Counted from the first letter of the stretch, positions 36,401 through 49,334 are shown. The stretch: DNA of 64,000 nucleotides from Trichodelitschia bisporula (GCA_010356995.1 ML996689.1:700691-764690), one strand, 5' to 3'. Numbers and translations are program-made. Notes: a model not told the origin generated them from the sequence alone.

Positions 36401-39400
36401 TGAGGCGTTGAGAGCGACAGTGGCCGCTGCTGCGGCAGCGCGCACACGTACATCACGCTGGTTCTTGATAGTGCTGGCCTCCTCGATTGCCTTCTCAGCT
36501 TCCTCCTTCGCGTTCTGCAGAACCTTGCTAGCCGTAAGGCGCTGAGCGGGTGCGAGACCCTTCTTCAATCGCTCGTAGTCGGTGCTGACGATCCGCTCCG
36601 CGTCGGCGATAGAAAACGCGTATTGGCTAGCGTTCACATCACCTTGCACCACCGGGGCAATGGTGGGAAGTTTGGTTTGTCCGACATGCGCTGTATCGCG
36701 GAATGCGTTGAGCAAAGACTGGCATTGAGCACGAACAACCTGCATATAGCTGGTGAGATCGCTGTAGTAGCCCGGCCGCTCGCCCTCCACAATTTGACGG
36801 AGGTGAGGAGACAGGCTCTGTGCAAGCTGCTTGCCTGATCCTGCGTGTTTGGCGTACTCTTCAACAACCATTGCCGAGATGAATTGAGTTGAAGAGTACG
36901 AAGATGAGAGACCGGATACGATGGGATTGCCAAAGACTTCGAGCTTTTCCACTTCAGGCCACAAAGCAATCGCTTTGCCGAGGGCTTGTGCGGCAAAGAT
37001 CTTTGATCGAGTCAACACGTCAACTCCAACAAGGTCGACATCGCCCTGCATCATGTGGCCGTCAACATTGTGGGCAGACGTCTGTGGAATTTCGGGTTCC
37101 TTCTTGGTCTCCGTCTTCCGGCGCTTCTTCGGAGGTTCGGCCTGGTTGTTGGCCGCCGGAAGCTTGAAGTGTTGCAGGCTGAACGTCTGTCCAGAAGGCC
37201 GCATGAAGAGAGTTGGATCCATTGGGATGGGATGCCGTGAGACCCCGATCGGATGCATGGTCAGGCTGAGCAGTGCTCCAACGTGCGGCTTGAACTCCTG
37301 GGCGAAGATAACAGGATCCCGGGACACCAGCGCATCGACCAAAGCATTGGCAACTTCAAGAGAGAGCTGAAGCACCTTCTCGTCGCGCTCGACGAGGAGA
37401 TTCTGGAAGAGCAGCCGCAGCGCCTTCCCATTGATCCAGTCCTGGGTCCCTTCGCCTTGAATATTCATAAAGGTTCGAAGAGCACGCAGGACAGCCCGCC
37501 GCACCGTGGTGATCGTATGCCGGAGGAAGGGGAAAAGTCGTGGGACCAGCTGGGCGAAAGAGAGCTCTGGGTTCTTGGACGCATTCCGCTTCATGGCATC
37601 AAGGACTTCCTGGAAGCTGCAGAGCGCCGCAAGAAGATCCATGACAGAGCCGGTGCTGGCGCTCAAATCGTCGCTCAGGTTGGACAGGCAGTTCCATACA
37701 ATCAGAATCAGCTCGTCAAGCATTGCTGGCCGCGTTGCAACGATCTCTTTGGCAATGGGTATCAAAGTCGCCGCGCTGACAGCGCGAACGTCATCGTCGT
37801 TGTTACCCAGACACTGAATAACGGTGTTAAGGACGCCATCCAGAAGCTCGGGCTCTTTGAGCAAGAGATCGTTGCGAACAGCAACCAAGTACTTCATGCC
37901 CAAAATCCCGCCGTGACAGGGTTGCCAGGCTGTTGTCTCAGCATTTTCTTCGTCCTGTGTTGCGACTAATTTCCGCAAAACTTCAAACACAGCCTTGACA
38001 GAAGCTGGCGGTGAGTATTGCAGAACAGCGCCCAATGCTTGACCTGCCGTTTCCCGAACGGGCAGCACCACATTGTCGGAGACATAGTCACCAAAGCGAT
38101 CCAACATGAAAACGCAGCACAAGCGGCAGGAGAGATCATCAAGCCAGCGCCTGTTCAGGATGTCGTTCTGCTTGCGAGTCTTGCCACGCACACGCCCAGC
38201 ACCGGCACCTTGAACGCGAATGACCTCGCGGACGCCCATGGCCGCGCCATGGCGGACTTCCCACGCGTGGTCAAACAAGTCTACAGTGAGATACTCGAAC
38301 AACTTGTCGAAAGGCCATTCGCAACCGTTCTTCTCAGCTTCAGTCTGGAATGCTGAGGTTTCAGGGAGCTCAACGCCTTTGAACTCGGATACGAGCTTTG
38401 TCTCATCATCTTCTCCGGTACGTTCCAGCGAGAAGTAGTCGTTGATCCCGTTCGCAGACTCCTCCGTCTTGATCTCGGATTTTACAGGAATAGCCTGAGG
38501 AATGGAAGGAGTTTGCGGCGTTTCGGCAACACTGGATTTGCGATCCGCAAAATCAACAATGCGGACTTTGTTTGCCTGCTGCGAGAGCTCTTTCTTCTTT
38601 TTCCTCTTGAGCATATTCAGTTGCCGAGGAGTCAATTTTTCATCAGTTGGGGTTCCCGGGGGCGCCGTGCTCGGTGAGTTCACGACAAGAGGGCCGACGA
38701 GGCCGCCAACTTTGGCGACAGAGGTATCGATCTTCGGCACGTCCTGTGGCAGAGGATGGGGCGTTTCCAGATCCTTGGATGAGATGAGTTCATCTTCAAT
38801 ATATTCACCACCGAGTCCGAGGCGGGCAGCAAGTGTTTTCTTCTGAACGGCCAATCGCTGGGTTGCGTCCAGGCCAGCAAACTTGTAGTCATACTCCCTA
38901 CCTGCGCTGCCAGCTAGAGGTTTTCCATTTTTTAGGATGGCCTGAACAGCCAAGGTTTCTAGCTGCAGCTGTTCCTCATTGAGAGGCAGCTCAGCTTCTT
39001 CCCCGCCATTGCTAATACCGTTGGAATGACCGTTTGTGATGAGGCCAGGGTCGTCATCCTCGTTCGGATCGTACAAAGGCGCGTTTTCGACTATTCCGCC
39101 AAGCGCCTTGGCGGCAGCAACACGTGTTTCCCACGACTTGGAGCGCAGGTAGGGGATGATTCGGGTGATAAGGTTGAACAGTTCATCAGGATGCTGCTTC
39201 TGAATATCGGCGAGTTGTAGGGCAGCAGTTTGGCGAATATGGCTATTATGGCCCGTGTCGATAAGGCTAGAAGTGGAGGTCAGCAAACCGCATCATTTAG
39301 AGCTGGGCGCCAAGAGCCAGGGGTGTTGAAAGCGACCGGCGCCGCTGGAGGCAGGCCCGCATCTCAACCCACTGTTCATTCGCTGGAACGACGCGGCAAC

Positions 39401-39504
39401 GGAGAAAGCCTTACACCACAAGTCTGTCAAGCCTGCGATTTGACACAAATTAGCGGCAAGCCAAGGATGATCACGGATTTTGGTTCTCACCGAGTGGCAG
39501 ACAT
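33475..39504 (-). CDS. MOT1: Mot1/BTAF1 TBP-associated Swi2/Snf2 ATPase
   Basis: Exons 39491-39504, 39415-39432, 33879-39266, 33475-33781. Starts MSATRLDRLVVLIDTG, then a HEAT region, GILCDDMGLGKTLQ, DEGH, SGTPIQNN, QAMDRAHRIGQ; ends YEEEYNLDSFLATMKA*. Confidence 0.97.
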
Positions 39505-40920
39505 TGCTGCAGATGTCCCCCCCAAGGAACTGTACTAGTTACTTTTAACGGAGAGAAGCACAATGCAACGCCACGCCCATGACGCCGGAGAGGTGGTTCG
39601 TAAGAGGAGGTTGACGGAGGGCAAACAAATTTTGAAGGAAGGCCTTGCCGCGTTTTGATGAGCGGCGCAACCTATTTTTCAAGTTTCGATTTGCGCGATG
39701 AAGAAGGTAGTTGAAAAAGATAAAAAAGGTAGATGAGGGAGATGGAAGGTGGGGTGGTTAGGTAAGTTAGGTGGAAGAAGGGCGAAAGAAGTTTAGCGCG
39801 TGATCGGTGATCACGGGCTTTGCACTGGGGGGGGGGTATGGCGATGTTTTTCGGTGTTGCGGTTTTCGGGCGGGGGTTATGCCGTGATAGCAGCAGAGAC
39901 GTGGGTTGGGGCGCTGGGCAGCGCGCAGCCAGCGGCCACTTCTACTTAAATAAAACCAACGCCGGCAACTGAGCAACTCCCGCGCAGGGGTGCGAGTGGA
40001 GGGGGTAGGCGGGCTTGGCACAGAGATGTGTGGCCCTAGCTTCCGTTCTGCGTGGCTGGGCCCCAAAAACATACGCCAAGGAGCGTGCGTTACCTGCCTC
40101 CTTTCCTCTTTTCATCCATGAGAACCTTCAGGCTCTTACTCTCTCACTCTCTCCCTCACTCTTACGCCAGCAGCAACTCACGTTCTTCCTTTCTATGGCT
40201 TCCTCTGTGGCTGGCTAGAATGTATGCTCAGCTCTCTGCCTATTTGGCCGAGCACAAAGGCTGCTCCCTGCTAATCTACTTGCGGTATGGCTAGCTCCTT
40301 CCAGCTTCCCTCTTCAGGCCAGCCTGGACATCGTCAAACACGCAACACGTGGATATTATGGTAGTAGCTCTTCAGTTTCCGCTCTGAACAAAAGGCTTCT
40401 TCTTACTCAACTGCTTGCAGTTCGTACCTGGCCTTGGGAATGTGAGGGTACTGTGCGTTAACGTCGGAAAAGCTGAACGTGGCCTCTTTGGAGGGTTCAC
40501 CAACATACCGGCAGGCCCCGGCTCACCACCACCAAGCAACTGTGGCAGGCACTTTGCTCTTTGCCAACCAGTTGAGCCGCTGCGGAAAAGTCACTGGTGC
40601 CCTCCAGCCTTGTCCGGGTCGCCTTGCCCAACTGCACATCCGTCGACATGGTACCATCGATTGGTTTCTGCTGCAGCACCCCTCTCACTTCTTGCATCAA
40701 GGCAATAGCATAGACCATTGTTCTGAGAGACACGAGTTTTTAGACTTCACTAAAAATATATTAGCATTCACTATCCTCTGCTCCATTCCTCTGTCACTAT
40801 CCTCTTTCACTGTCCTCCATACATTCGCAGTATAAGTCACTCCCCACCCCTTCATCGAGTCCTCGATATATTCTCTTCGCGATGCACTGGGGATTTCTTC
40901 TTTTCCATCGGCGAGGCATC

Positions 40921-41550
40921 ATGTCGAGTACCCCGAGCCGGAGTGCCCGTAAGAAGTCGGCAGAGTTGTCGCCGACAGAAGCCGCACGCCTGAAGCCAAA
41001 GCCCCTCAAAGTCCGCAAAGGAAAAGACCAAACTTCTGATCCATATCCTCCACAAGTGCTCCATCCTTGGGAACACGCTGTGTCTCTTTACAGCCACGAC
41101 GCCTTCCCGATGGCTCTGACAGAGTTTGAGCGCATGTTGGAGGTGTATGAGCCCGCAACTGCAGTAAGCGAGCTTTGGGCCAATGTCGGCATCATCTCAG
41201 CTCGGCTCGGTGAGAACACCAAAGCCCTCAAGGCCCTTACTCACGCTCTAAAACTCGCTCCCGAATGCTCGATTTACTGGTTCCTCGCTGGGATCTGTGC
41301 CTGTAACCTCGGACAGTACCGTCGCGCGAAGGCCCTGTTCGAATGCTGCGAGCACAGCTTCCCAGATGGGGCCAAACGGGTGGACTACAAGCTAACTGGT
41401 TTAGACTTTGTTCTACTGCGGGATGACGTATTCAACTATGTGCGGAATGCGTTTGAGCTACAGCATGCCGAGAAGCATGGCCTTCCCCTGCCGAAGGTCA
41501 AGATCAAGAGCATCAAGAGTCTGCTGCGTGGACAGATCTTCAAGCCATAA
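40921..41550 (+). CDS. Divergent NoxR/p67phox-like TPR protein, apparently C-terminally truncated (possible pseudogene)
   Basis: WEHAVSLYSHDAFPMALTEF, LWANVGIISARLGE, FLAGIC..LGQY, VDYKLTGLDFVL and GQIFKP are colinear with the TPR region of fungal NoxR as I recall it. Confidence 0.65.
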   Translation: MSSTPSRSARKKSAELSPTEAARLKPKPLKVRKGKDQTSDPYPPQVLHPWEHAVSLYSHDAFPMALTEFERMLEVYEPATAVSELWANVGIISARLGENTKALKALTHALKLAPECSIYWFLAGICACNLGQYRRAKALFECCEHSFPDGAKRVDYKLTGLDFVLLRDDVFNYVRNAFELQHAEKHGLPLPKVKIKSIKSLLRGQIFKP

Positions 41551-42408
41551 CAGGCTGCAATCGAATTCCGCCGAGAGGTGAGTGCGGTAAGCTTTGGGGC
41601 CGTGAACGAAAGAGACAGCTGGATAGTGTCTTCCGCGTACTATTTCCCAGGCATCGTAGAGGCAGCAGCCTAGGCATCAAGTGCAACGAAGCGCAGGTAA
41701 GGCAGCCGTATAATGTAATCGTTGACTCCGAAAATCCATCTCCTCCATAAGTGACCCCGTGATTCACTTTGCCAAGTATAACACCCAAGAGATCTGAACA
41801 TCCGATTGAAGCCTAGATAGTTCCGAGCAAGTGAAGCCCCCGAGTTCGTAGATCCTCGACCGCTGGAACAGGTTCGAGATATACGCAGCTTGAGTTCCCA
41901 TAGAGAACCAGGCATCAACGGTTGACCAGCAGCGTCGTTGCATCAAGGGAATGCCAGCCCGTAGTACGCGGCGAGCCGCAGCGCCGGCCCGGGCCCGCAG
42001 GAAAGCTGCGGAAGATTTCCTTTGTGCCTGAAGATCCAAGATGCCGGCGAACATGCAGCAAATTGCGGACGTACAAAGTGAAATGAGCACGACAGGGAAA
42101 AGGCCGCTTCCCCGCGGGTACTTCATCGTCAACAGCGGAATAGATCTGCTGCGTTACCTGTTGCACCATACCGGGGAACGATGGTGATTCAATATCGGCA
42201 TCGCAATGGCCAGATTAAGCCACATGCAATCAGATTTTAAACCCAAACCCAAATCCGACTTCAGATGACCAAATTTTCTGCCTTAGGCGCAAAGTTGCTC
42301 TGGTGAGGCATCAGCGGCGCTGTCTGCCAAGCATCACTCAGCGAGCTCTCAACCTCACATCACGACTCCGCAACGCAACTTCACTCACGTCACCGACTGC
42401 GACTCACA

Positions 42409-42920
42409 ATGGCCTCCGGATTCGGTCTCAACGGAGGTCTGTCCTCTCCTTGCCTATGGCCGCCATTCGCACCCTCAATTGGGCCGCAATAGCGCCCTGG
42501 CGTCTCCGCACTCGAGCCCGCAAACTGACAACCTGGCGCAGGTCCCTCCCGCTGCTTTCCGTTCTGGCAGGAAGTCCTCGCCTGCTACACGGTGAACACG
42601 AACACTGATGACGACTCCGGGAAGAAGAAGTGCGCTCCTGCGCTGGAAGATTATATGGAGTGCTTGCACCATAAGAAAGAGGTACGGGAGCGAACACCAA
42701 GTGTTGTGACTTCGGAGGATACGTACTGACACACTCCCTCGTTTAGGCAGCACGAGTGCAGGCAATCCAGGCCGCGTACCGCAAGAAGCAGGCCGAAGAC
42801 CCCCGGTCCGACGCTCCCACAGCCGGCCAGATTCGCAGTTTAGGGCTGATTGAGGCGACGCTGGAGGAGAAGAACATTAAGCCGTCCAAGTGGCTTCCGC
42901 ACGTGAAGGACAACTTTTAG
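42409..42920 (+). CDS. NDUFS5: Complex I accessory subunit NDUFS5-like (11.5/15 kDa, four Cys)
   Basis: Three exons give MASGFGLNGGPSRCFPFWQEVLACY...KKKCAPALEDYMECLHHKKE...DNF*. Missed by the ORF track because of introns. Confidence 0.9.
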
Positions 42921-43026
42921 ATGAGATGTTGTGTTCTGGTGTAATTCAATGGGGATCAGAATCACGTCTCGCCTATGGTTTTGGAACGATGTGATTATTT
43001 CTTACTACATCACGATCTGAATGCGC

Positions 43027-44329
43027 CTAGAAAGCATCCTCCAGTTGGATTCCGCCCTTCACTGTGAAGGCACCGAAGTTACCCACCCGCTGGTCCCATC
43101 GGTCCGAAAGAACCTCCAGGATGTTCACGAGCTCCGCGCGGTGTTTGGAGCCCAGTTCTGTGTTGTAGAACATGTCTGCATCGCGTTTGTGTTTGGGCAG
43201 CATATGCGCTAAGAGGTAAAGATCCACAGCATTGCTCAACGTCTTGCCCAGTGCTGGTCGGACAGTAGCAGACTCGAAGATTGAGATACTCTCAAGTTGG
43301 CTCGAAAGCGAGCTCATCTCTTCTGGTGATGGGTGGTCTAGCATCTGCGTGGACTTCTTTACACTTACGGTATGGTTGGATCTTGGAGACATTGCCGTGT
43401 TGATGAGCAATATGCACATATTGCTAGATCGTGCCAGTTGGGATAGAGCGCGTAGTACTTCTGTGAGCTGGGCTTGTGCTGGGAGGCTTTAGCAAGCTCT
43501 GTCAGCATGCCGGCGCTTTACCTTGGACATAGTTTCTCTTCAGCAGCGGGTTGATCACTGATGTGATGTTGTCAATTACAAGCAACCCTTCCTTGGCAGC
43601 GGCCTCTCCAGGGAGATTTGTCATGTCGCTGGGGGATGGCTCCAGCGGTGAGACTTCGTCAAACAACATTTCGTCTCCTTCATCTTCCGAGTCGGGGATT
43701 TCGAGCTGCTTATCAGTGGCAGCGTCATTCCTCAATTTCCGCAGGTCGTCCAATGCACTCTCTGTTTCTGTTTTCAGCTCATCCAGAGCTTCGAGCAGGC
43801 CTTCAATGTCGAAGACTCTCATGAGCTTCACTCTGTCGAGGATCTCATCCTCGGGTACGCGCTCCGTGGTAACTCCGGCATCCGTGTGCGTTTGTTTCGT
43901 TTCATCATGCTGCCCCATGTCTCTCAATCTCGAGAGAACAACCTCTTGCAACCTAAACACATCAAACGTGCCAACCGAGTCGATAACAGTCGCCTGCACC
44001 TCCCTCCCGGACACGAGATGCTTAGCAATAAAATGCAGCGCCAGCTACCCCACAAAACGCCTATCAGCGATCTACCACATGCAAAGGGGGAAACCCAACG
44101 CCGCCGGACTAAATGCCCCGCGCAAAGACCGATCACCTACCAACGTCTTCCCCACCCCGCCCTCCCCACTGATGCAGCTCACCCGTCCGTACTCCAGCCC
44201 CCCATCCAGCGCGGCATCAACGGCGGCACACCCCGAGCCCAATCTCCTCCGCGTAGCGGATCCGGAATCGCTCCGTAGCACCTGCGACGCCAGGTGCGGG
44301 GATGCCGGTTCCGCCTCCGTCGTAGCCAT
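43027..44329 (-). CDS. RecA/RAD51 paralogue (RAD51D/Rad55-like)
   Basis: Exons 44141-44329, 43522-44044, 43027-43478. GSGCAAVDAALDGG, Walker A GEGGVGKT, VIDSVGTF, Walker B LLVIDNI, RPALGKT. Confidence 0.8.
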
Positions 44330-45072
44330 GGCTGCCCAATGGACCTATGTACCTGCAGGCGGATCGCTGCGGCGGCAGGCGGGCATGCTCCCCGCTTGGC
44401 GATGACGCTGGCACGGCTGAGGCGATTTGCTTGTTTTGATGTGCTGGTCGGATTAATACGAAATGCGATTTGAAGTTGCCAGGGAGGTATTGTGATTAAT
44501 AAACGATTCTGAAGAACGTGGATGGCGGGGCGGCGAAGCGATGCACGACGGTTAAAGACGGGTTCGGCGTCATTGGCTGGTCATGGAAGTTCGGGAACAC
44601 GAGGCGGTTTGACTTTGGCCCTGAAGGCCTTGGTGCCTGGGTTTCCTCCGCACAAATTTGAGGTTGGGAGTGCGGGGTCGGAGAAAAGTCTTGTTAAACT
44701 TCGGCAAGCGGTGAGATAATTTCGTCCGCCCTAGTTGTTCACCCTATCAACGCGGATACGCTGTTCCCCGCAGGAGGTCGTAAAGTCAAATCATGGTCTC
44801 AACTAGCACTCCCAAAGAGGAAAGCTATCGGTCAGCAACATCCGTTTGTCAGCCGGTGGAACCCCATCGGTGAGTTCCTGCTTCTTCCGATATCGAAAGG
44901 CTATGCAGAAGGCTGGAGAACAATGTAGAGCTCGGTACCCGATGGCCAGATAAATAGCCTAGTAATGCCTCCGGATTTAAGCATCCAACCTCAAGCATTC
45001 CAACTGCACCTCCAGTTCCATCAGCCCACCTCAAACTTTCAAAGCCCATTCCATTGTCCTCCAAACTTCATC

Positions 45073-45579
45073 ATGGTTTCACTCTACGACATCATCGTCC
45101 CGACCTACATCAATGGTCTGAAGAACCTCGCCCACATCGTCAAGAAGGGTGAAGCCTGGGCCAAGGAGAACAACGTCGCCGAGACCGACATCACCAGCCT
45201 GCGCCTGCACCCCGACATGCTCCCCTTCACCTTCCAGATCCAGTGCGCATCCAACGGCGCAAAGAACTTCGTGTCCCGCGCCCTCGGCGAGACGGTTGAA
45301 TCGTGGGCGGACGATGAGACGACCTTTGCGGAGCTCCAGGCTCGCATCGCCAAGACGATCGCCTTGTTTGAGAGCCTGGATGCAAGCAAGTTCGATGGCC
45401 TCGAGACAAAGGAGGTTGTCATGACGATCAGAGGAGAGGAGCACAAGTTCACCGGCCTCACCTTCTGGCTGAGGTTTGCGCAGCCGAACTTCTTTTTCCA
45501 CGTCACTACTGCCTACGACATTCTCCGGAACAAGGGCGTTCCCCTTGGGAAGCTGGACTACCTCCGTGGCGGTCTCTAG
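45073..45579 (+). CDS. DUF1993 family protein (DinB/YfiT-like superfamily)
   Basis: Intronless; RLHPDMLPFTFQIQ, DDETTFAELQARIAKT, PNFFFHVTTAYDILRNKGVPLGKLDYL. Confidence 0.85.
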   Translation: MVSLYDIIVPTYINGLKNLAHIVKKGEAWAKENNVAETDITSLRLHPDMLPFTFQIQCASNGAKNFVSRALGETVESWADDETTFAELQARIAKTIALFESLDASKFDGLETKEVVMTIRGEEHKFTGLTFWLRFAQPNFFFHVTTAYDILRNKGVPLGKLDYLRGGL

Positions 45580-45825
45580 GTCCGATGGCTCAAGCTCCAG
45601 GATTGTGGCAGGTACCTTGGCGGGGTTTGAATTTGGTGAAGGAAAATATCTTGCTTGCCAGGGGACGATGTAATAGTCCTTAAAATAGCGCAATGAGATA
45701 TGGCGACTGAAGCTGATGTCGTCTTCATTCCTACTAAAATGGTGACATCTGATTTAGCGTCTTGGTACGCAGTGACTCCGAAGTCGATTCTATGATCGTG
45801 AATTTTAAGCTCAAATCCGGCGTAT

Positions 45826-47273
45826 TTAAGCGCGCCTTCCGATGACACTTGGACCCTGCTCTCTTTCCCGAGGTCCAGCGGTACTTGGGCGGCCTAGTTC
45901 CAAGGTGAATGTATCATCTACGTTCCTAACCCAACCTTTAAGCGCATGTTCCTTGACGTCGTTCTTGACTCCCGCCCTTTCCGAAAGGATTCGATGGCTC
46001 TTGAAATCTCGATAGGACGCCTGGCTTAACGACTCAGCCAGGGAAGGGAGTGGTACCAAGGTTGCAACTTCAACAGCGGCTGCCCACATGCTCTTTCTAC
46101 TTATGACGCTTGCACCTTGAGGATCGTACTGCTTCCGTCCCTGGAGAGTACCACCGACGAGAGTCTCTTGGGTATGTGGAGTGTAGACAGCGCTCACGTT
46201 ACTGGGGACTAAACGCTGATCTTGAGAACCGCTCCGACGGGAAAATGCGAACTCCAGGTCCGTGGTCCCAATTTCGAATGGGCGGAAGGCGTATCCCGAG
46301 TTCCACTGGCCAGTGATGCGACTATTCAACGCTGACATACGGCCCGTGGGACCGAACGCCCGGACGACAGCTTCGGGGACGCATTGGGACTCGGGAAGAA
46401 TGAGAGTATGGATGTATGCGTGATCCGGACGCACGAGTGTCGAGCAAACAGAACCCAGTAATGACGTGCACTGGTACATCGTTAGCTTGTCGGAGCAGGA
46501 TTTGCTAAGTGTCTGTGGGGCGTCGGGTCGAGCTGATCGCAGTGAGAACGTGTTCAACTTTTTGGTTATCCCATGCAGCCTACCGGGTTTGCGCCGCACG
46601 ATACCCAGCTCCGAGAAGTATCCTCGCCCCCTCAACTCATCCTGACTGGTCTCCGCCCGTGGGACGTCAGACAGAGGGGGTAAGTGCCACGGAGTGGCAT
46701 CCTCCTGAGAGCGCATGACTAGCTCCATGCTTGCATCACCGCATGGTGCCTCGGAGCAGTACATATAAACTCGAACGTCCTCCAGGATTGAAAATGGTTG
46801 AGGGGACCCATCCCGCAGTTCATCAGGCGAGCACCGGCGGAGATATGCAGACGTTCCTGCGCCAGTTTTGGCTAGAATGGCGCATTCCTGGAGGAGAAAA
46901 CGGTTGAAGGCTCGAACGGCAACGATCTCGGCATGCCAGTCGTGGAGGACTACGCCTTTTGCTCGCTCAACCTTTGATACTGGAAGGCACTTCATCCCGG
47001 TTCTGGACTGCGGTGAGTGACTGCTGGAAGCGCTATTACGGACTCACCCAAGGGATACGCAAGTCATTGGGCCGTTGCCTTACTGAGTGTTCAGCTGGAG
47101 CCAAGCACGTCAAGATGGTTCAACTTACCTCTTGTCAGTACTATCCCACTCAAAGGCACCCATTCACGCACACCGTTTCCTCTGGGAAGCGGCTTCCGCT
47201 TCGCTGGCAACGTCTCGAAAGCACGTAGTACGCAACGTGCGACATCGTTTCCGGTTACGGCAAAGGACGCCAT
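45826..47273 (-). CDS. TAD1: tRNA-specific adenosine-37 deaminase Tad1/ADAT1
   Basis: Spliced CVSLGTGMKCL, LHDWHAEIVA, YCSEAPCGDAS, RRKPARPDAP (51-nt intron 46533-46583) and SKSCSDKL deaminase motifs. Confidence 0.9.
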
Positions 47274-47957
47274 ATCTCGCTAAATGGGCAGTAAGCCATC
47301 TGCGGGTCTACGATAGTTGATGCTATGAGGTTGAGCTCCTTTCTGCATCGGGCCGTCACAGCTTCCGTTGGCCTCGTGCGGGCGAGACTTGGGAAAGGTC
47401 CAAATCTCTCACTCCCTGGACATTGTTCCTGCTTCGGGATATTTGAGCATGGGAAATGATCTGTTCCTGCGCTCTGACAGGCTAGCCATCCCCTCTCAGC
47501 CTTGCAGTAAGGCTTACAATTTTAGCATGTGACAAGATGCAAGATATCAAGATTATGATGTGATTGTCCCAACGTGGGAATTAACCCTATACCGACGATG
47601 TCGATCAATCTAGGTAGACGAATTGGCGTCTAGCCGGTACATGCATTTTGCATCTTAGTGTAAACATTCAACAGTACTGTAGCATGGTATTTACGGATGC
47701 GTATAATGTTGGATGTTGATGGGGAAGTTGCTGCATCACTTTGAGCTTGGAGACTCGGACCCGGATGAACTGTCGCCGTGCCAAGCCTGGAGACATGTCA
47801 AGGAACATGGATGTTTCCAGCAGCCCGTCAGGCTAACGAACGAATACAGGGGGTTGAGGGGAGCGTTCCAACCATGACGAACCTGGGGATACTACCCGAA
47901 CTGCACCTGCCCGACGATTCACCGACACATGCGCGTCAGCTGGGGGAACCGTTCACC

Positions 47958-49334
47958 ATGCAAGCTTTTGGTGAGAGGGACCGCCGTAGCCCATGGCTAA
48001 CTTTCGCCGGGCATCCGTCATTCTGGCACCCGAAGCGCTGACCGGGTTAACAGTGCCAAAGAACCGCAAGGTAAGAATGCTAGATCGCCTTCGTTCGCGC
48101 GCAGCTCGGCTGACTGTGACATCAGCCTAAGTTCGAGCTGCTGTTAAAGGTACGACTCCCACCGCGGATTCGCGCCCATCGCATTCGCACTGACCAGCGC
48201 GCTTTAGATCATCGACTTGAACAATGTTCCATACGTAACAGGGAAATTCTTTATCAAATGGCAACTCCCGCAATCTACCGCTGCAGAACACCGGGGACGA
48301 ACGCATGGGTTCAGCATCAAAGACCATCGGGTCACATTCCATTACGAGCAGCGCATTCCCGTTCGCATGGTCATTGAAAAAAATGGCATGCTCCAAGAGA
48401 CTCAGATCCAGTTTGAGGTGATGCACGAGGTCATGAATGCCGGGAAAGCAGAACGAATATTGCTCGGTAATGTCAAGCTCAATCTTGCCGAGTATGTTGA
48501 GGCAAGCGAGCACGAGGGTGAAGATGCGGTTAGCAGGCGATACTTGTTGCAAGACAGCAAGATCAATAGCACAGTCAAGGTATATTGCAAGTCGAGCGCT
48601 TATACCAGGTCACTAATGCATTGGAAGATCACTCTCTACACGAAGCAGGTGGAAGGAGATAGGAACTTCATACCGTAAGCACAAGCCGCTGCACCGTTTT
48701 CGACGGAACAGACGCTGACACGGGCAGACCGCCGCTGAAAACAGCTCCCGTATTCACCGGCATTGCCGGTTTGCGGGCCGGTGAACAGGGCGACTTGGAA
48801 GATGCTGGCTGTACGTAGCCTTATGTTGCAGTTGGATTAAGCTGATTTGTTTTAGCCGTCCCTACTATGCAAAGCAAGACGAGGGAAACCGGCGATGAGC
48901 TCCGCGACTTATATGCCAGGACTCTTGCCGCACAGTGGACCTGCCAACCTGGGGAGCTTAGCGCGGACAAATGCATCGAGGATATATTTGCGGGCGGCGA
49001 CGGATGGGGAAGCAAGGTCGGTGGATCGGACGGCGGCGTTCGATTTGAAGGCGGAGGGCCCAGAGATGACATCCTCAGCGATAGCGAGGTGCGCCCGAGA
49101 AGCAAGCGAGGCAACAACTGGTCATCGGGAAGGAGACATGATATCCGAAAGGTGTCTCGCGAAAGCTTGAGCAACAGGCGGGATGATCTTGACATGCACA
49201 GCGTGCCTCGGGCGCGAGCGAGTTTCGAGCAACAAGCCCAGCACTCGAACTCCGACCCTCGAATACTGAACCTGGAAGTGGACGAATTCGACGTCAGGGA
49301 GGATCTTCGTAGCTGGAAGAGTGTCATAGGATAG
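47958..49334 (+). CDS. NT-C2 (EEIG1/EHBP1 N-terminal C2) domain protein
   Basis: Microexons 47958-47970, 48054-48070, 48126-48149, then IIDLNNVPYVTG..IKW, LGNVKLNLAEYV, RRYLLQDSKINSTVK, CIEDIFAGGDGW; ends EFDVREDLRSW. Confidence 0.85.

Noticed and set aside
33740..38846. Long + strand ORFs (e.g. 401 aa at 33740-34945 and 238 aa at 37253-37969)
   Set aside because: They are antisense shadows of MOT1, expected from GC-rich codon usage, and carry no motifs.
45826..47273. Adenosine deaminase as a novel mRNA-editing (ADAR) enzyme
   Set aside because: It has no dsRNA-binding domains, and its size and motifs match ordinary Tad1/ADAT1.
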